Source: Octopus vulgaris (taxonomy: Eukaryota). From it: a stretch of 64,000 nucleotides of DNA. Below the pieces are notes generated by a model, which saw only the letters and a list, made by a program, of their open reading frames with translations, searched no databases and was not told the origin of the DNA. Location: positions 70,804,001-70,868,000 of the forward strand of contig OX597828.1 in assembly GCA_951406725.2 (NCBI GenBank), given 5' to 3'. Below are positions 1-14,099 of this stretch, piece by piece. The translations under genes were made by a program, and so were the position numbers. Position 1 is the stretch's first letter; every line of letters begins with the position of its first letter.

Positions 1-659
1 GGTTCGTCAAGTAATAATAATAATAATAATAATAATAATAGTTCCTAGCATAGGCACAAGGCCACACATTCGAAGATGAGGAGGAGGAGGTGGGGGAAGA
101 GGAGCGGTTAGCCAATTAAATCGACCTCAGTACTTGACTGTTAACTGACACTCTTGAAGGAAATAGTTAAAAGATTGGCGAACTGCACCGCCTCGCCGAC
201 ACCACCCACCACCACCACCACCACCACTACTCCTACCACCACCCCCGCCGTCGCTGCCAATGACATCTGTTAACAACTAGGCGCTTTGGCACCTGGTTAG
301 AGCATTAAACTTAATAGGGGTGGATTGTCTGATGGACCCACCCTTTTCAACCTGGAACTTAGTCTTGAAAAGTATGTGGGGCTGAGTTTTCAAGATACAT
401 CAAATATGGTTTTGTAAGAGAGAAAAAGAAATATGAAAATTTCTTTCATTATAGAAAGAGGTGCTGATATGGCCGGAACGTTAAGAAGTTCGTTTCGCAA
501 CTTCGTAGATTCCGGTTTTATCCAAATGTGCGGCAACTTGAGCAGACGTCTTCTACTATTTCGGAATGTCCGCTACTATCACATCCGACTGATAAACACC
601 TTGCGACTAAATTTGTTAGACGGAAACTGAGCAAATGCCAGTCGTGTGTGTGTGTTTGT

Positions 660-961
<302 letters not shown>

Positions 962-1314
962 CCGTGTGTGTGTGCCCGTGTGTGTGTGTATGTATTGTTT
1001 AGTTCTTTTTCTTTTTCGTTTTCCGGTTTTTCAATCTTTCACATCTTTTGCATCTACTTCTTTCTCGCCTTTTCTCGCTTTTCTTCTCATCATTTCATCC
1101 CATTTTTAGTTCATTATGCCATGTGGACAGTGCCTGACAAATGTTCCTCCTACATCAGACGTGTTGAAAACACTATTTGGCATGCACTCAGCGTATGAAA
1201 CTAATAGTAATACATAAATACATAAATATATATATATTGTGTTTATTAAACAATGTTTTCTCTCATCAAGTGGAGTACTTTTTTGTTGATCTTACCATCG
1301 CGGAACAGTACACT

Positions 1315-1471
<157 letters not shown>

Positions 1472-3288
1472 CTTAGCCAAAAGTCACTCGACAGTAAATC
1501 AAAATTCCATAAATACTCTCTGTATTTCTGTATTGACTCGAATGGGAAAATGTGTCGCTCACGAAGGACTTCGCTTTGAACAATTTTCACGATGCTTCAA
1601 TACTCTTATTAAATTCATTCAGTTGTAAAACATAAATCAATCTTGGAATTAAATGGTTTTGATATACTGTCAGGTGACCCTAACCCTAATTTTGGCCAAC
1701 CATTTATATATAGTCACTATGAGGATATTTAGACCTCTTATAGAGATATTTTTATCCAAGATACACTGGTTTAATATTTTGTATTTTGAAGAGATATTTC
1801 TGCAATGGATATATCATAAAGTATCATAAAATATCAAATATCGTTATAAAGTTAGAAAATGGAGAGATTCAATGGATATAAATTAGTTTATTAAGTAATT
1901 ACCATCATTGCCTACTAGGGTTTCGTTTCACATCCAATTTAAATTACAAAACATATATAAATATATAAGTTTGCTTTTCAAAATACCTTGGGTGGAAAAT
2001 CTTCAGGGTATTAAAAAGGACAATACAGCGATTACATTTTGATCGGTTCAAATACTCCAACAGACTAACAATACATAAGCATGTTTATTATATATGTCTG
2101 TAAGAAGGGGGTTCGCTGGCAGAATTGTTAGCGCGCTAAACAAAATGCTTAGCGGTATTTCGCCAGTCGCTACGTTCTGAGTTCAAATTCCGCTGAGGTC
2201 GGCTTTGCCTTTTGATAAAGTAAGTACCAGTGAAACACTGGAGCCGATGTAATCAACTAGTCCCCTCTCCACAAATTTGAGGTATTGTGCCTCCAGTAAA
2301 AAGGATTGTGTGTGTACGCATGCGTTAGAATTATTATATTTACTTTTAATTCCATAATAATCATAAATAATGAATTACAGTATGCAAGAGTAAAAATACA
2401 TAATGAATAAAGTGAAATAAAATTTATATGTGTGTGTATATGTATATATGTATGTATATATCTATATATAAATGTATGCATGCCCGTGTTTATATGTGTG
2501 TGTGTGTGTGTTTGAGCGTACGTGTTTGTGTTTGTCCCTCGTTGCTTGACAAACCGTATGAATTTTTATTTTATGTCCCTATAACGAAGCGTTTCAACTA
2601 AAAGAATTGAATAGATTACATACTAGTCCATTTGATGGAGGAGATCCCTCAAAGCGCTGCCGTCCAATGACTGGAGCGAGTGCAAAAGTAACAATATGGA
2701 CCCACCTATTCCACCTCAACCAAACCCGTGCGCGCGAACATTTGTAAACATGCAGTCAAATACGGGTGGAATCAGTATTTAAATTACCAGCAGCAGCAGC
2801 ACCACCACCATCACCACCACCACCACCAGCCGTTCAAGAATTTGGACCTGGAGATCTCCATTTCCAGCGGTTTTGAGGGCCACCTCCCAGTGGTGTCGGG
2901 CATCAACGAAGAGCCCTCGACTACAACAAGACGACCAAGGTTTGTTTTTTTATCCCAAGGTCTGGGGGTCTCCCGCCCCTAAGCCATAGACCATCATCTA
3001 ATCACCCTTACCCGGCTTGTTGCTTAACAACAACAGCACCACCACCACCACCATCATCATCATCATTACCCACACTCTGTATTTTTAATTATCATCTAAT
3101 GCCATACAAACTGTAATACAAAACAATGGACTTTTTTCATTCTCAGTCTTCGGTATTGGTCTCCAGAGTGTCGGTATGAGGAGACGACGTCGTTCGCCAT
3201 CTTTTTTCAGCCTGGCCACTTTATATGTCACGAGAGAAGATTATGTCGGTGAATAACGTCGTCTAACAATTCATGATTACCATATATT

Positions 3289-3335
<47 letters not shown>

Positions 3336-3344
3336 GTATGTATG

Positions 3345-3433
<89 letters not shown>

Positions 3434-3550
3434 AAATATATGGTAATCATGAATTGTTAGACGACGTTATTCAACATGTGATCCCTTAAGCACCACCAGC
3501 TCAAATATTGTCTCTTATGTCTTCCCTCCTTAGGATCTTTCCTTCTCCTT

Positions 3551-3585
3551 GTTTCCGACGAAGAGCTCCGCTCGAAACGTTAAAC
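3551..3585 (+). ncRNA. Hammerhead-like motif (U4C core variant) in pLTR-like element ~3480-3689
   Basis: GTTT-CCGACGA-A-GAGC.TCC.GCTC-GAAAC-GTT|AAAC: stems I and II pair, palindromic stem III; identical 35-mer at 36341-36375. Confidence 0.55.
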
Positions 3586-3685
3586 CCTCCTTCCCTTCTT
3601 TCCTGAGCGTCAATAATACTTTAATTGTTCCACGTCCTGCGTTGCTGTGTTTTTTCTCTTTTTTTCTGTGTTTTCTTGTTTGGAT

Positions 3686-3720
<35 letters not shown>

Positions 3721-4017
3721 GAAATTTACAGAAAGCAAAAAACAAAGACAGGTGTATGAACAACAAGCAGGTGCATTAGTTTGACGCTCGGGAAAGTGAG
3801 AAAGTATTTTACGTTTCGAGCCTACGCTCTTCAGCAGAAAGGAATAAGAGAAAATAAACAGAGACCGAATAAAATACTTGTGGATTTAGCGATCAAGCAT
3901 GGTGAAATCCGAATTTGTATGATTGTGTATAGAACAATATATCAACCAATGAAATTCCAACTTAGTCTGATTTTCACGTCTTATTATTTGCAATTTTTAC
4001 AATTTTACAATATTGAA

Positions 4018-4059
4018 ATAAACTAGTACTTTCATGTGTTACGCAATCATCAGGTTTAT
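4018..4059 (-). ncRNA. Minimal type I hammerhead ribozyme motif (inverted partner)
   Basis: Minus strand ATAAAC-CTGATGA-ttgcgtaacacat-GAAA-GTAC-TA|GTTTAT. Confidence 0.7.
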
Positions 4060-4124
4060 GCAGTGACAGTCGTATTCCACAATTGACAACTGTAGCGAAA
4101 AGCTTGGATTTATCTTGTCACTGC

Positions 4125-4166
4125 ATAAACCTGATGATTGCGTAATTCATGAAAGTACTAGTTTAT
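4125..4166 (+). ncRNA. Minimal type I hammerhead ribozyme motif
   Basis: ATAAAC-CTGATGA-ttgcgtaattcat-GAAA-GTAC-TA|GTTTAT: intact core, perfect 6-bp stem I, palindromic stem III (AGTACT), CUA cleavage triplet; stem II weak. Confidence 0.7.
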
Positions 4167-4258
4167 TTCAATATTGTAAAATTGTAAAATCGTATAAAAT
4201 TGTAAAAATTACAAATAATAATAAAACGTGAAAATCAGACTAAGTTGAAATTTCATTG

Positions 4259-4304
<46 letters not shown>

Positions 4305-4379
4305 GCACACACACACACATACACACATATATGTTTTCATGTATTGTGGTATGTATGAATATGCGCTCCTTCGGTATTG

Positions 4380-4590
4380 GTCTACAGGGTGTCGGTGAGA
4401 GGAAATGATGTCAATCATCCCCTTTTTTTCAGCCTAGCCTCATTATGTTTGTCACGAAGGAACACTGGGCGAATGATGTCGTCTGCCATTACCGAAGAGT
4501 TGCCTGGAAACAAAACCGTTGTATCCAAATGGATGCTGAAATTATTGAATAGGAAACATTTTTTTGAATGATGAGGAGTCGTTCTAACTG
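4380..4590. mobile_element. Tc1/mariner-like MITE fragment; diverged second copy at ~3148-3280
   Basis: TA-CAGGGTGTC terminus; CTTCGGTATTGGTCT.CAG.GTGTCGGT...TTTTTCAGCCT shared by both copies. Confidence 0.45.
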
Positions 4591-5099
4591 TAGCAGTTGT
4601 GATGCTATCAGACTAGCAACAACAAAAACAATAACAACATCAACAACTGTAACAAGAACAATACTGACAACTACATCAACAACAACAATATAACTAACAA
4701 AAACAATAATATAAACAAAATTAACGCATGGAAATGAAAGAAAATTAATACAGAATAATTGAAATATCCAGACGATTTTCTACAATATCATTTCCATTAA
4801 TTTTATTTTGAATGCCTTATTTTTATAATTTTTTAAATATTTTCTTTGTTCTATTTTCTATATTTATTCACTTATTTTTTTCCCTCTCTTGATATTTTTT
4901 TTCCTCCGTTCTCATTTTCTTCCAAGTGATATCTTGTATTCAAAACCAGAAATACTCGAAAAGTTAAGATTGAATAAACGCCGTCAACATATCTATTTTC
5001 AAAGAAAAATCATGATCAGATAATGTCGTCCGTACCGAAGCCTCGTTTTCGTCACTTGCCATCATAACAAACCAACCACTCAACACTTTTAGATGCCGG

Positions 5100-5178
<79 letters not shown>

Positions 5179-5392
5179 ATTATTATTATTATTATTGTTG
5201 TTGTTGTTGTTGTTGTTGATGATGATGTTGTGGTTGTTGCTGTTGTTGTTATCCAGATACGTTCATATTTTTCTGCTTCTTTTCAAAATTTTCTTTCTTT
5301 TTTCGCTGCCCCCCCCCCCGTCTCTCTCCCAAAATAATATATCTGATGAATTCCGTTTATAGAAAGTACCGACTATTAGATATACATACATG

Positions 5393-5423
<31 letters not shown>

Positions 5424-5436
5424 TCTCTCTCACTCA

Positions 5437-5493
<57 letters not shown>

Positions 5494-5697
5494 ACACACA
5501 CACACACACACATCCTGAAACATAAACATACTATGCGTTTTAATTTATTTGTATGTATTCATGTATACCTACACATACATATGCATGTATATGTATCAAT
5601 GTGTGTACGCATTATACCTATATATGTGTGTGTGTGTATAAGATTACAGATATATAGCGATAATACAAGTGGGTCATAGGCACATATATTATACAAG

Positions 5698-5769
<72 letters not shown>

Positions 5770-6175
5770 TACATATGCACACACACAAATGTAAATGCAC
5801 ATATGCACTGTAATATCTATCTGTGCATGTTTGCGTGTGCGCGTGCGGGGGGGGGGCGTGTGAATGAAATGGAATCTAAAAGACAAATGAAGCAACGTAA
5901 GTCGGTTGAAAAGTCGAAATGTAAAAACGAATTATTCGCCAACCCCCACCCCGCATGCCACACTATCTCTTCCTTCCTACCTTCCTTTCTTTCTTCTTTC
6001 CTTCCTTCCTTTCCTTCTTTCCTTCCTTCCTTTCCTCTTTACTTTCTTCCCTTTCTTTTCTTCTTTTTGCGTTCTTTCGTTCGATTTTTCTCGTTTTAGT
6101 TTCTTTTACAATTCTTATTTTAAATGTAGTTGGCTAAAGATGATGATGATGATGATGATGACGACGACGACGATG

Positions 6176-6210
<35 letters not shown>

Positions 6211-8534
6211 GGTGGTGGTGATGATGATGGTGGTGGTCGTGGTGGTCGTGGTGGTCGTGATGGTGGTCGTGGTGGTCGTGTTCGTGGTGGTGAAGAAGGT
6301 GATGGAGAGGTAGCAAACTGGAATGTCGTTAACAAGCAGGACAATATTCTTACTGGCCTTTCTTCTGTAGCAAGAATATTTAACAATTGCAAAATCTTAG
6401 AAATCGAACCTGGATCGCTATATCCGATGCAAAAAAAAAGTCAACTCAACATTACGATCGCGATTCGCTAAAATGTTAACAACGTCATCATAAAATCTGA
6501 CCATTCAAGACTTCGTGTGGAAACAGACTTGATAACAATTTCATCTTTGGCGCGATTTTTCTGAGCAAGATTACCACCATATATATTCAGCGCATTTTAG
6601 CCACTACCGATAGATAACGGATGGCAGACAGTAGCAGAACCAGCAGATGGCCAGGGCGCTGTCACGGCACAAAAACAATAGACGGACGGCGGCAGGAACA
6701 CAGAATGGTCAGCTAACATCAAGAAGCTCACGACAACGACTAATATCATACCTTGATTAAGAGCAATAAGCTTCGAATTATCTCGGTGTTTGTCGTTTGT
6801 AGCAACGACAATAGTTTATTGTTTACGATAAGAATCGTTTTTATTAAAAATCGTAACACATTCATGTTAACGTTCTGTGATCAAATTCCGCCGAAGTCGA
6901 CTTTGCCTTCTATTCTTTCGAGGTCGATAAAACAAATACCAGTTGAGCAACGTGAAATAGAGTGTCTTGCTCAAGAACAAAACTCATGGCTGGGAATCGA
7001 ACTCATGACCTAACGATTGTGAGCTAAATGCACTAACCACTAAGCCACGCGCCTTCGCTACCACACAATACTATATCATATACCACAACACCCCTGCACC
7101 ATACCGCTCACTACTGCTCCACAGGCTACGACACCACCACACAACACGACCTCATACTACCACCTCTACACTCCACAACCTCACGCCGATCCACACGTCA
7201 CAACAAACCAAACGCCACTCCCACTACACACTGCGCCGCCACTCTACGCCATAAACCACCACCACCACCATCCATTACGCATACCATACGCTAACGCATA
7301 CAATCTCATAGTGAAAGCGGGAGACCAGGAAGTTGTGGTGTTCATACATTTCTCCAAGATCATTATTCTCGCACGTAAGCGAAGTGTTCCCCCAACCGTG
7401 AAAGAAACGAACCTAGGATCTTCCCGTTTGACCTAAACCATAACACCGCCCACCCCTTGCTTCATTCTCCTCCTTCCCACCCACTTTCAGTTCTCTTCAT
7501 TCTCATCCTCCTCCTCTGCCTCCCCTGCCTCCTCTTCTATGGCGCTCGCCACTGCGACTGTAATTAATAAGGGCACAGACTGCTAAGGTCAGAGGTCAGA
7601 GTAGGAAGTGGTGCGGGAGGGAAGGAGGTGTTAGTGAAAGCAAGATCGTTGATAGAGGTGGTGGTGATGATGGTGGTGGTAGTGGTGGTGGTGGTGGTGG
7701 TGGTGGTGGTGGTGGTGGTGGTGGTGGTGGTAAAAGGGGTTCCTTTGTGTTAGTGAGGTGGAGGCGGTGAGGAGGTTAAATTGCTTAATAAAGTGAAGGG
7801 GTAGGTTGAAGCCGGTGGGTGTAGGAAGAGGGACGAAAGGGCAAGATGGTCGTCGTCGTTGTTTAGCCACAGGTCAGCCTTGATCTGGTACACCTACGAC
7901 CAAATGCAATCCAGCCGTGACCGTCCTCTATACACAGGGATCACAAGTCATAAAACCCCCATTATCCAAATTGTCCGTGTAATACGAGGTCCTGTGGCTG
8001 CTGTTTGTTGCAGACCTAGCAACCACAATTTCTCTTTCGTTGGCTCGAGGTAAGCAGGAAGTGTGGTGGGGGGGGGGGGGACAGGTCGGCTGGTAGACTT
8101 GATGGCGGGGATGGTGTTGGGTGGTGACGGGTGGAAGCGGGGGTTGTTCTGGGTATAATGCGATGCGCATGCGTGGTACTGAAAGACTCCTTTTTTTTAT
8201 TTTCCTTATTATATATCCAGGTATGACTATGACTTAATTACACCGTCAGATGGCGCCGTTTGGAGAAAACACCTTTAATGGCAGACGGCTTCCATCCAAC
8301 ATAAACACACCATACGCACTAACGCACTCAGAGAGGGGCATACACACACACACATATATATACATATACACCCAGTTATGCATGCGCATATATATATATA
8401 AATACACATACATACACGCACACAGACACACACACACATATATATACACGTATGGTTGAAAACAATAGAAATATTGTCGTTCATATAAGCTTATGCGCAA
8501 GCATATGTCATTTGTTCCTATGTATATATGTATG

Positions 8535-8596
<62 letters not shown>

Positions 8597-9213
8597 AACA
8601 TACATATATATATACATACATATACGCACATATATACACACAATAGTGTGTGTGGTATAATTTAGTTTTAAATATCAACACTCTCACACGCTCTCCTCCC
8701 CTCCCCGGGCGCTCTCACACATTTAAATGTTGGCATGTATAAACACGTGTATAGTCGTGTCCCCACATGCACGCGCGCGCTCCGAGTCTGTATGTGTGCA
8801 TGAACACACAGGTTCAAAACAAGGCGGAGAAAATAGTGCTCGAATTCCAAGGGGAAAGTGAAATAGAGTCTTTTATAGGAGCTCAGAAACTTCACAAACC
8901 ATGACGTCATGTTTCGTGTGTCCGATCATCTGACCGATGATAAGTTACGTGATATTCTAGTAATGGTCAAGGAGATTTTTCTACTTCAATAAAGCAAAAC
9001 ATTGGACCATATTTCACTTGGACTAAGTTAACAATGGTCACTCCATATGTTATAACAAGGATCATCGCTTATGGTACAAAAACAGTGGGTCATTGCGTAT
9101 TTTATAAAAATAGCGATCAGCACAAGCAATAAAATAGGGATTATTGCATATGCTAGGAAACCAGCGATCAAAATGTATGTTTTAAAATCTCGATCGAAAC
9201 GCATGGAAATAAC

Positions 9214-9441
9214 TATTTCTTTACTACCCACAAGGGCTAAATACAGAGAGGACAAACAAGGGACAGACAAACGGATTAAGTCGATTATATCGACCCCAGT
9301 GCGTAACTGGTACTTATTTAATCGACCCTGAAAGGATGAAAGGCAAAGTCGACCTCGGCGGAATTTGAACTCAGAACGTAACAGCAAACGAAATACGGCT
9401 ACGCATTTCGCCCAGCGTGCTAACGATTCTGCCAGCTCGCC
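9214..9441 (-). mobile_element. Full-length family A SINE with 13-bp TSD
   Basis: Near-identical to 41069-41298 including the tail; TSD GCAT(G/T)GAAATAAC at 9201-9213 and 9442-9454. Confidence 0.9.
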
Positions 9442-11113
9442 GCATTGAAATAACATCAGTGATCAATATATATTATATAGAACAGCGATCAACGGAAACT
9501 TTTTAAGGACAAAAGTAAACGTATATGCTAAAAGTAAACAGAAATTGATACAGCGATCGATTGATATTACAAAAACAATGATCAATAGGCGTGCTATACA
9601 AAGAAAAATATGAAATAACTTGTCAGTTCAAATCCCGCCGATGTCGCCTGTGCTTTTCATCCCTTTTGGGGCCGATAAAATAAAGTCCCAGTCAAGTGCT
9701 AGAATAGATAGTATTGACTCAACACCTCCATTCAAATCTGAAGGTCTTACACCTTAATTAAAAGTGGCGATCAAAGAATATTTTCTCTTTATTTCGTAAG
9801 CAAAACCATTGTATATAACATGGTTAGGATAAACATATAAGATGCAGGGGTGTAGAATATATACACTCATACCTTTTCAGATTGCTCAGTCAGAACTTGT
9901 AAGTACAACAAACTAGATTTCGAGTTCAGAGAGAAAAAAAAAACAATCTTGGACTATTGTGAAAGTTAATTGTCCAAATGCACTTTAAGAATTTTTCTAG
10001 CAACGGGCAAGAAACAGGGGAGGGACAAATATTAAAGCCAGATTAAAGATGTGCATTTGTGTCTGTGGTCATTGAGAGTTATGTGAGGAATATGAAGTTA
10101 GACTTCACAAAAGTAGATCCGATAGAACGATTTCTGAGTTACATATTTTTAACACAGTAAGACTTTCTTATGTACGGAGTTTGGTAGTTCAACAAATAGG
10201 AGCCTCGAGACTGAGTGGACTATATACACATATAAATATATCTATAAACAGACATGCATTTATATATATAAATATATGAATACTTACATATGTGTATCGT
10301 ACATAATATGCATATATATATATATACATACACACATGCATACATACATAGATACATAAATATGCATATATGTTCCTACAAATGGGTTTAAACATCCATG
10401 TTCAGATATATAAATACATACGCTCTCACACACACATTAGTGTCTGTGCACACGAGTGCGTATGAGTACAGGAGGATGTATAACCTACATAAGCACATAT
10501 ATACAGAAAAGTGAAGAAAACCGATCTATATAAATAAATGGTGATTCGATATTAGAAAACAAACCCACAAATGGTTTGTTTTATTATAAATATATATATA
10601 TACTGCATATTTTTTAACGTCCACAATAATAGGAAAATTTTTAATGATTTCCCGCTCAAAGGAGAAAAACAAACAAATGTACTTAGAAACGGAGTCGTGT
10701 TTGTGAGGAACTGAAGAAGCAGACGACAAATGGAGGCCATTAGACGGTAAAGGCGGTTAACTTTCCGGTAACAACTTGATTTAGCTCGGTTTGTTTAGTG
10801 GGGTGACCTAGCCAAGAAGAAAGGTCAATCTAGAGGTAATTAACTGCTTTTGAAGGCATCTTGCTAGACAGGATAGGTGACAAGATGGCTTCCGTCTTCT
10901 GCTAACAGTTTGTTACAGTATCTTATACAGGTATGTCTTCATGACATGGCTGCCTTTGTAGCTGTGTTGACTGTTAGAACAACTGAAACACGGCCCCGTT
11001 CTCCTTTTCTCTCGTTCTCTCTCTTCCTCTCTCTCTCTCTCCCTCTCTCTTTATATATATACATACGCACATGTATATGTATAAACATACATTTTTGAGT
11101 ATATATATAGATG

Positions 11114-11167
<54 letters not shown>

Positions 11168-11243
11168 TGCATGTATATATATATATATATATATATATCT
11201 ATATATATATATATATATATACATATATGCATGTTAATATATG

Positions 11244-11340
<97 letters not shown>

Positions 11341-12677
11341 TTTGCGTGAACGTGTTTTCGAGAACCGGGTCAAATTTTGGCCAGCAAAACTGGTCTAAGG
11401 GAGATTCGAGTTGCAATTGGGGTGGCATACGGGTGAGATGTTGTATAGGTAGGTGGAGGTGGTAGGAAGGGAGGGAGAGCAGGATGGAGGGTAAGCGGGA
11501 GGGCTGGGGTGAGGACAGGTTGGGGGGGTAAGCTGATAGGGTCGGTTGTGGTGGTGGTGGTGGTGGTGGTGGTGATGATGATGGCAAGGCTGGAAGGGTT
11601 GTTGTTTAGTCTGAGTTTCAGGTCAGTCCTGATTGAGCTGACCTATGATGAAAGATATTCCAACGCTGACCATCCCGCCTTCCCCTCCCCACCCCCTCTT
11701 TATATAGAACCCAAGACTACACTAAACTTGCGAATTTTGTTCTGAAGACGATGAAGTGTGCTTTGAGGGAGACTTGCTGCAATATCTGGCGTTGTGGAGG
11801 TAGCGGTGGAGGACGTGTGGGGATTTTGGTGTTGTTGATTGTGCTGTGAGGACAATGTTGTCGTTGTGGTGGTCATGGTGGTGGTTCTGCTGCTGCTGCT
11901 GCTACTGCTGCTGAGGGCAACAGAGATTTAGTTGTAGGTGGTATTGGTGGCATCGAAGATGATGGTCATGGCGGTAGTGGTGGTGGTGGTGGTACTGCTG
12001 CTGGTGCTGGTGGTGATGCTGGTGCTGGTGGTACTAATGTGATGGTGTCAATATGTACCCAACTATCTGAATCGAATACTAAAGACAGTTATAATGGCTG
12101 TAACATTAGTCGCTACCCAGAGCTACCCGTAAGTACCCTGGGGTATGTGCTTAGTAATAGCTTACACGTACTTATGAGCTGTCGATAAATGGTATCTGGC
12201 AAGGGAATAACTACATGGAGGCTGAGAAGTAGCAAACAGATGATACCCGAGTATGTACTCAGCTACTTCGGGGTTGTATGTGGCAGTCGCTAAATACTTG
12301 GGGTATTGTGCAGATAGATAAGGGTGGCGAATAGATGCATGGGAGGCAATAGTAAGCTACCTGTTTGTGACAGGTAAATAACGGGTAAAGAGCTAAGCTA
12401 CCTGGTCTTGGTGTACAAGTACCCGGTGGAAGTGATAGTTAACCGGGAGGGGTCCATGTCATTGGGAGACAAAAACAGCAAATATGTTTGAGTACATGTG
12501 GATGTGGATATATATATATGTATGTGTGTGTATGTAAATAGGTATATGTTTGTGTATAAGTGTATATATATAGAGAGAGAGAGAGGGAGAGAGAGAGACA
12601 GACAGGCAGACAGACAGATAGATAGATACTTACGTACATACATACATATATACATACATACACATATGCATAGATGC

Positions 12678-12714
<37 letters not shown>

Positions 12715-13252
12715 CATGCATAGATGCACATCTGCAAGTGTATATGAGTGCGTGTCGGTCTATGTATTTATATATAGGTGTGTACAAACATAAATTTCTC
12801 TCTCTCTCTCCCACTCTCTCCGTCTCTTTGTCTCTCTCACGCACACGCTTACACACTGTAAATACATACGCACACATGTACGTGCGCGCGTGTCTGTCTG
12901 TGCACAGTTGATAGTCGAAGAGGGAGCTCGGCGAGGGGGGCGGCGATGTTGCGTAGGGGTCAAACGAAGACTATACGTGATATTGTGTGTGGGAGAAGAG
13001 AAGTGAGTTAAGGTGTAGTGGTGTTGGTAGGAGTTAAGTGAGCGTTAAAGGGAAGGGGACTATTGGCGGTGTGGGTGTGCGGTGCAGGGGAGTGAGTTAA
13101 CGGATATCTATCTGTAACGGATGTCTGTCCTCTCACCTACTGCACCCCCCTACACACAAACATTCACACACAATATATAAGTATAAGTGGGATGTATAGG
13201 AGGAGAGGTTCTTCGTTATAGACTGGTTAATAAAGCCCAAACTAGCTACTGT

Positions 13253-13338
<86 letters not shown>

Positions 13339-14054
13339 GTGTGTCTATGTGTACCTTTGTGCCTCTGTCACACGCGCCAATCACTTGACAACCGGTTTTG
13401 GTTGGTTTACGTCCCCGAAACCTAGAAGTTTTATAAAAAAAACAAACCAATAGAATAAGTACCAGCCTTCCCAAAATTGAACCCCAGGATAGATTTGTTC
13501 AACTAAAATCGTTCAAGGTGGTGCCCCAGCATGGGCTGAAAAAAATTAAAACATAAACAAAAAGGATAATATATAAATCAACAACATCTTTAAATCCACT
13601 TTCTCTCTACTGACGGTTACTGACGATTATTATGTAGGGTATGAAACCTAACCTAAAGATTCGTAAAGTATGTTTATTTTACCACGTATTTCCTGATTTA
13701 TTTTTCTAGGTTCCATTGCTTCTTTTATTTATGCTCTGATTTCTCTATTTTTATACGAATTTAACCTATCCGTCTCATAAATTAAAACATGAAAATACAT
13801 CGTTCCGTATTTTGTAAAATATTTCTTCGTATCAGCTTCTATTCGAGTTTGATTGATTTTACATGTTGAATTGCGCGCCAGATAAACATTTTAGGTGAAA
13901 GTTAAAGACGTGAAACTTCAGCTTTAAGTCTGAATAATATTGACTTATTTTAATAAATGAGTCGTGGCATGTTTTTCTATGAAGCATTGCTTTCATGACA
14001 CACACAGACACACACACGCACGCACACACGTATACACACACACACACATACACA

Positions 14055-14099
<45 letters not shown>

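Larger units (their letters stand above)
3945..4260. mobile_element. Penelope-like inverted pseudo-LTR pair
   Basis: ~125-145-bp inverted arms (3945-4068 / 4116-4260), each carrying a hammerhead core; ends at (TA)n. Confidence 0.7.

Noticed and set aside
5343-5380. CTGATGA...GAAA hammerhead-like match
   Set aside because: Neither stem I nor stem II pairs; likely chance.
6130-6471. Acidic + RGG-box-like ORF (MAKDDDD...GRGRGRGGG)
   Set aside because: Starts at TTG and consists of GAT/GGT/GGTCGT repeats; no splice signals or folded domain.
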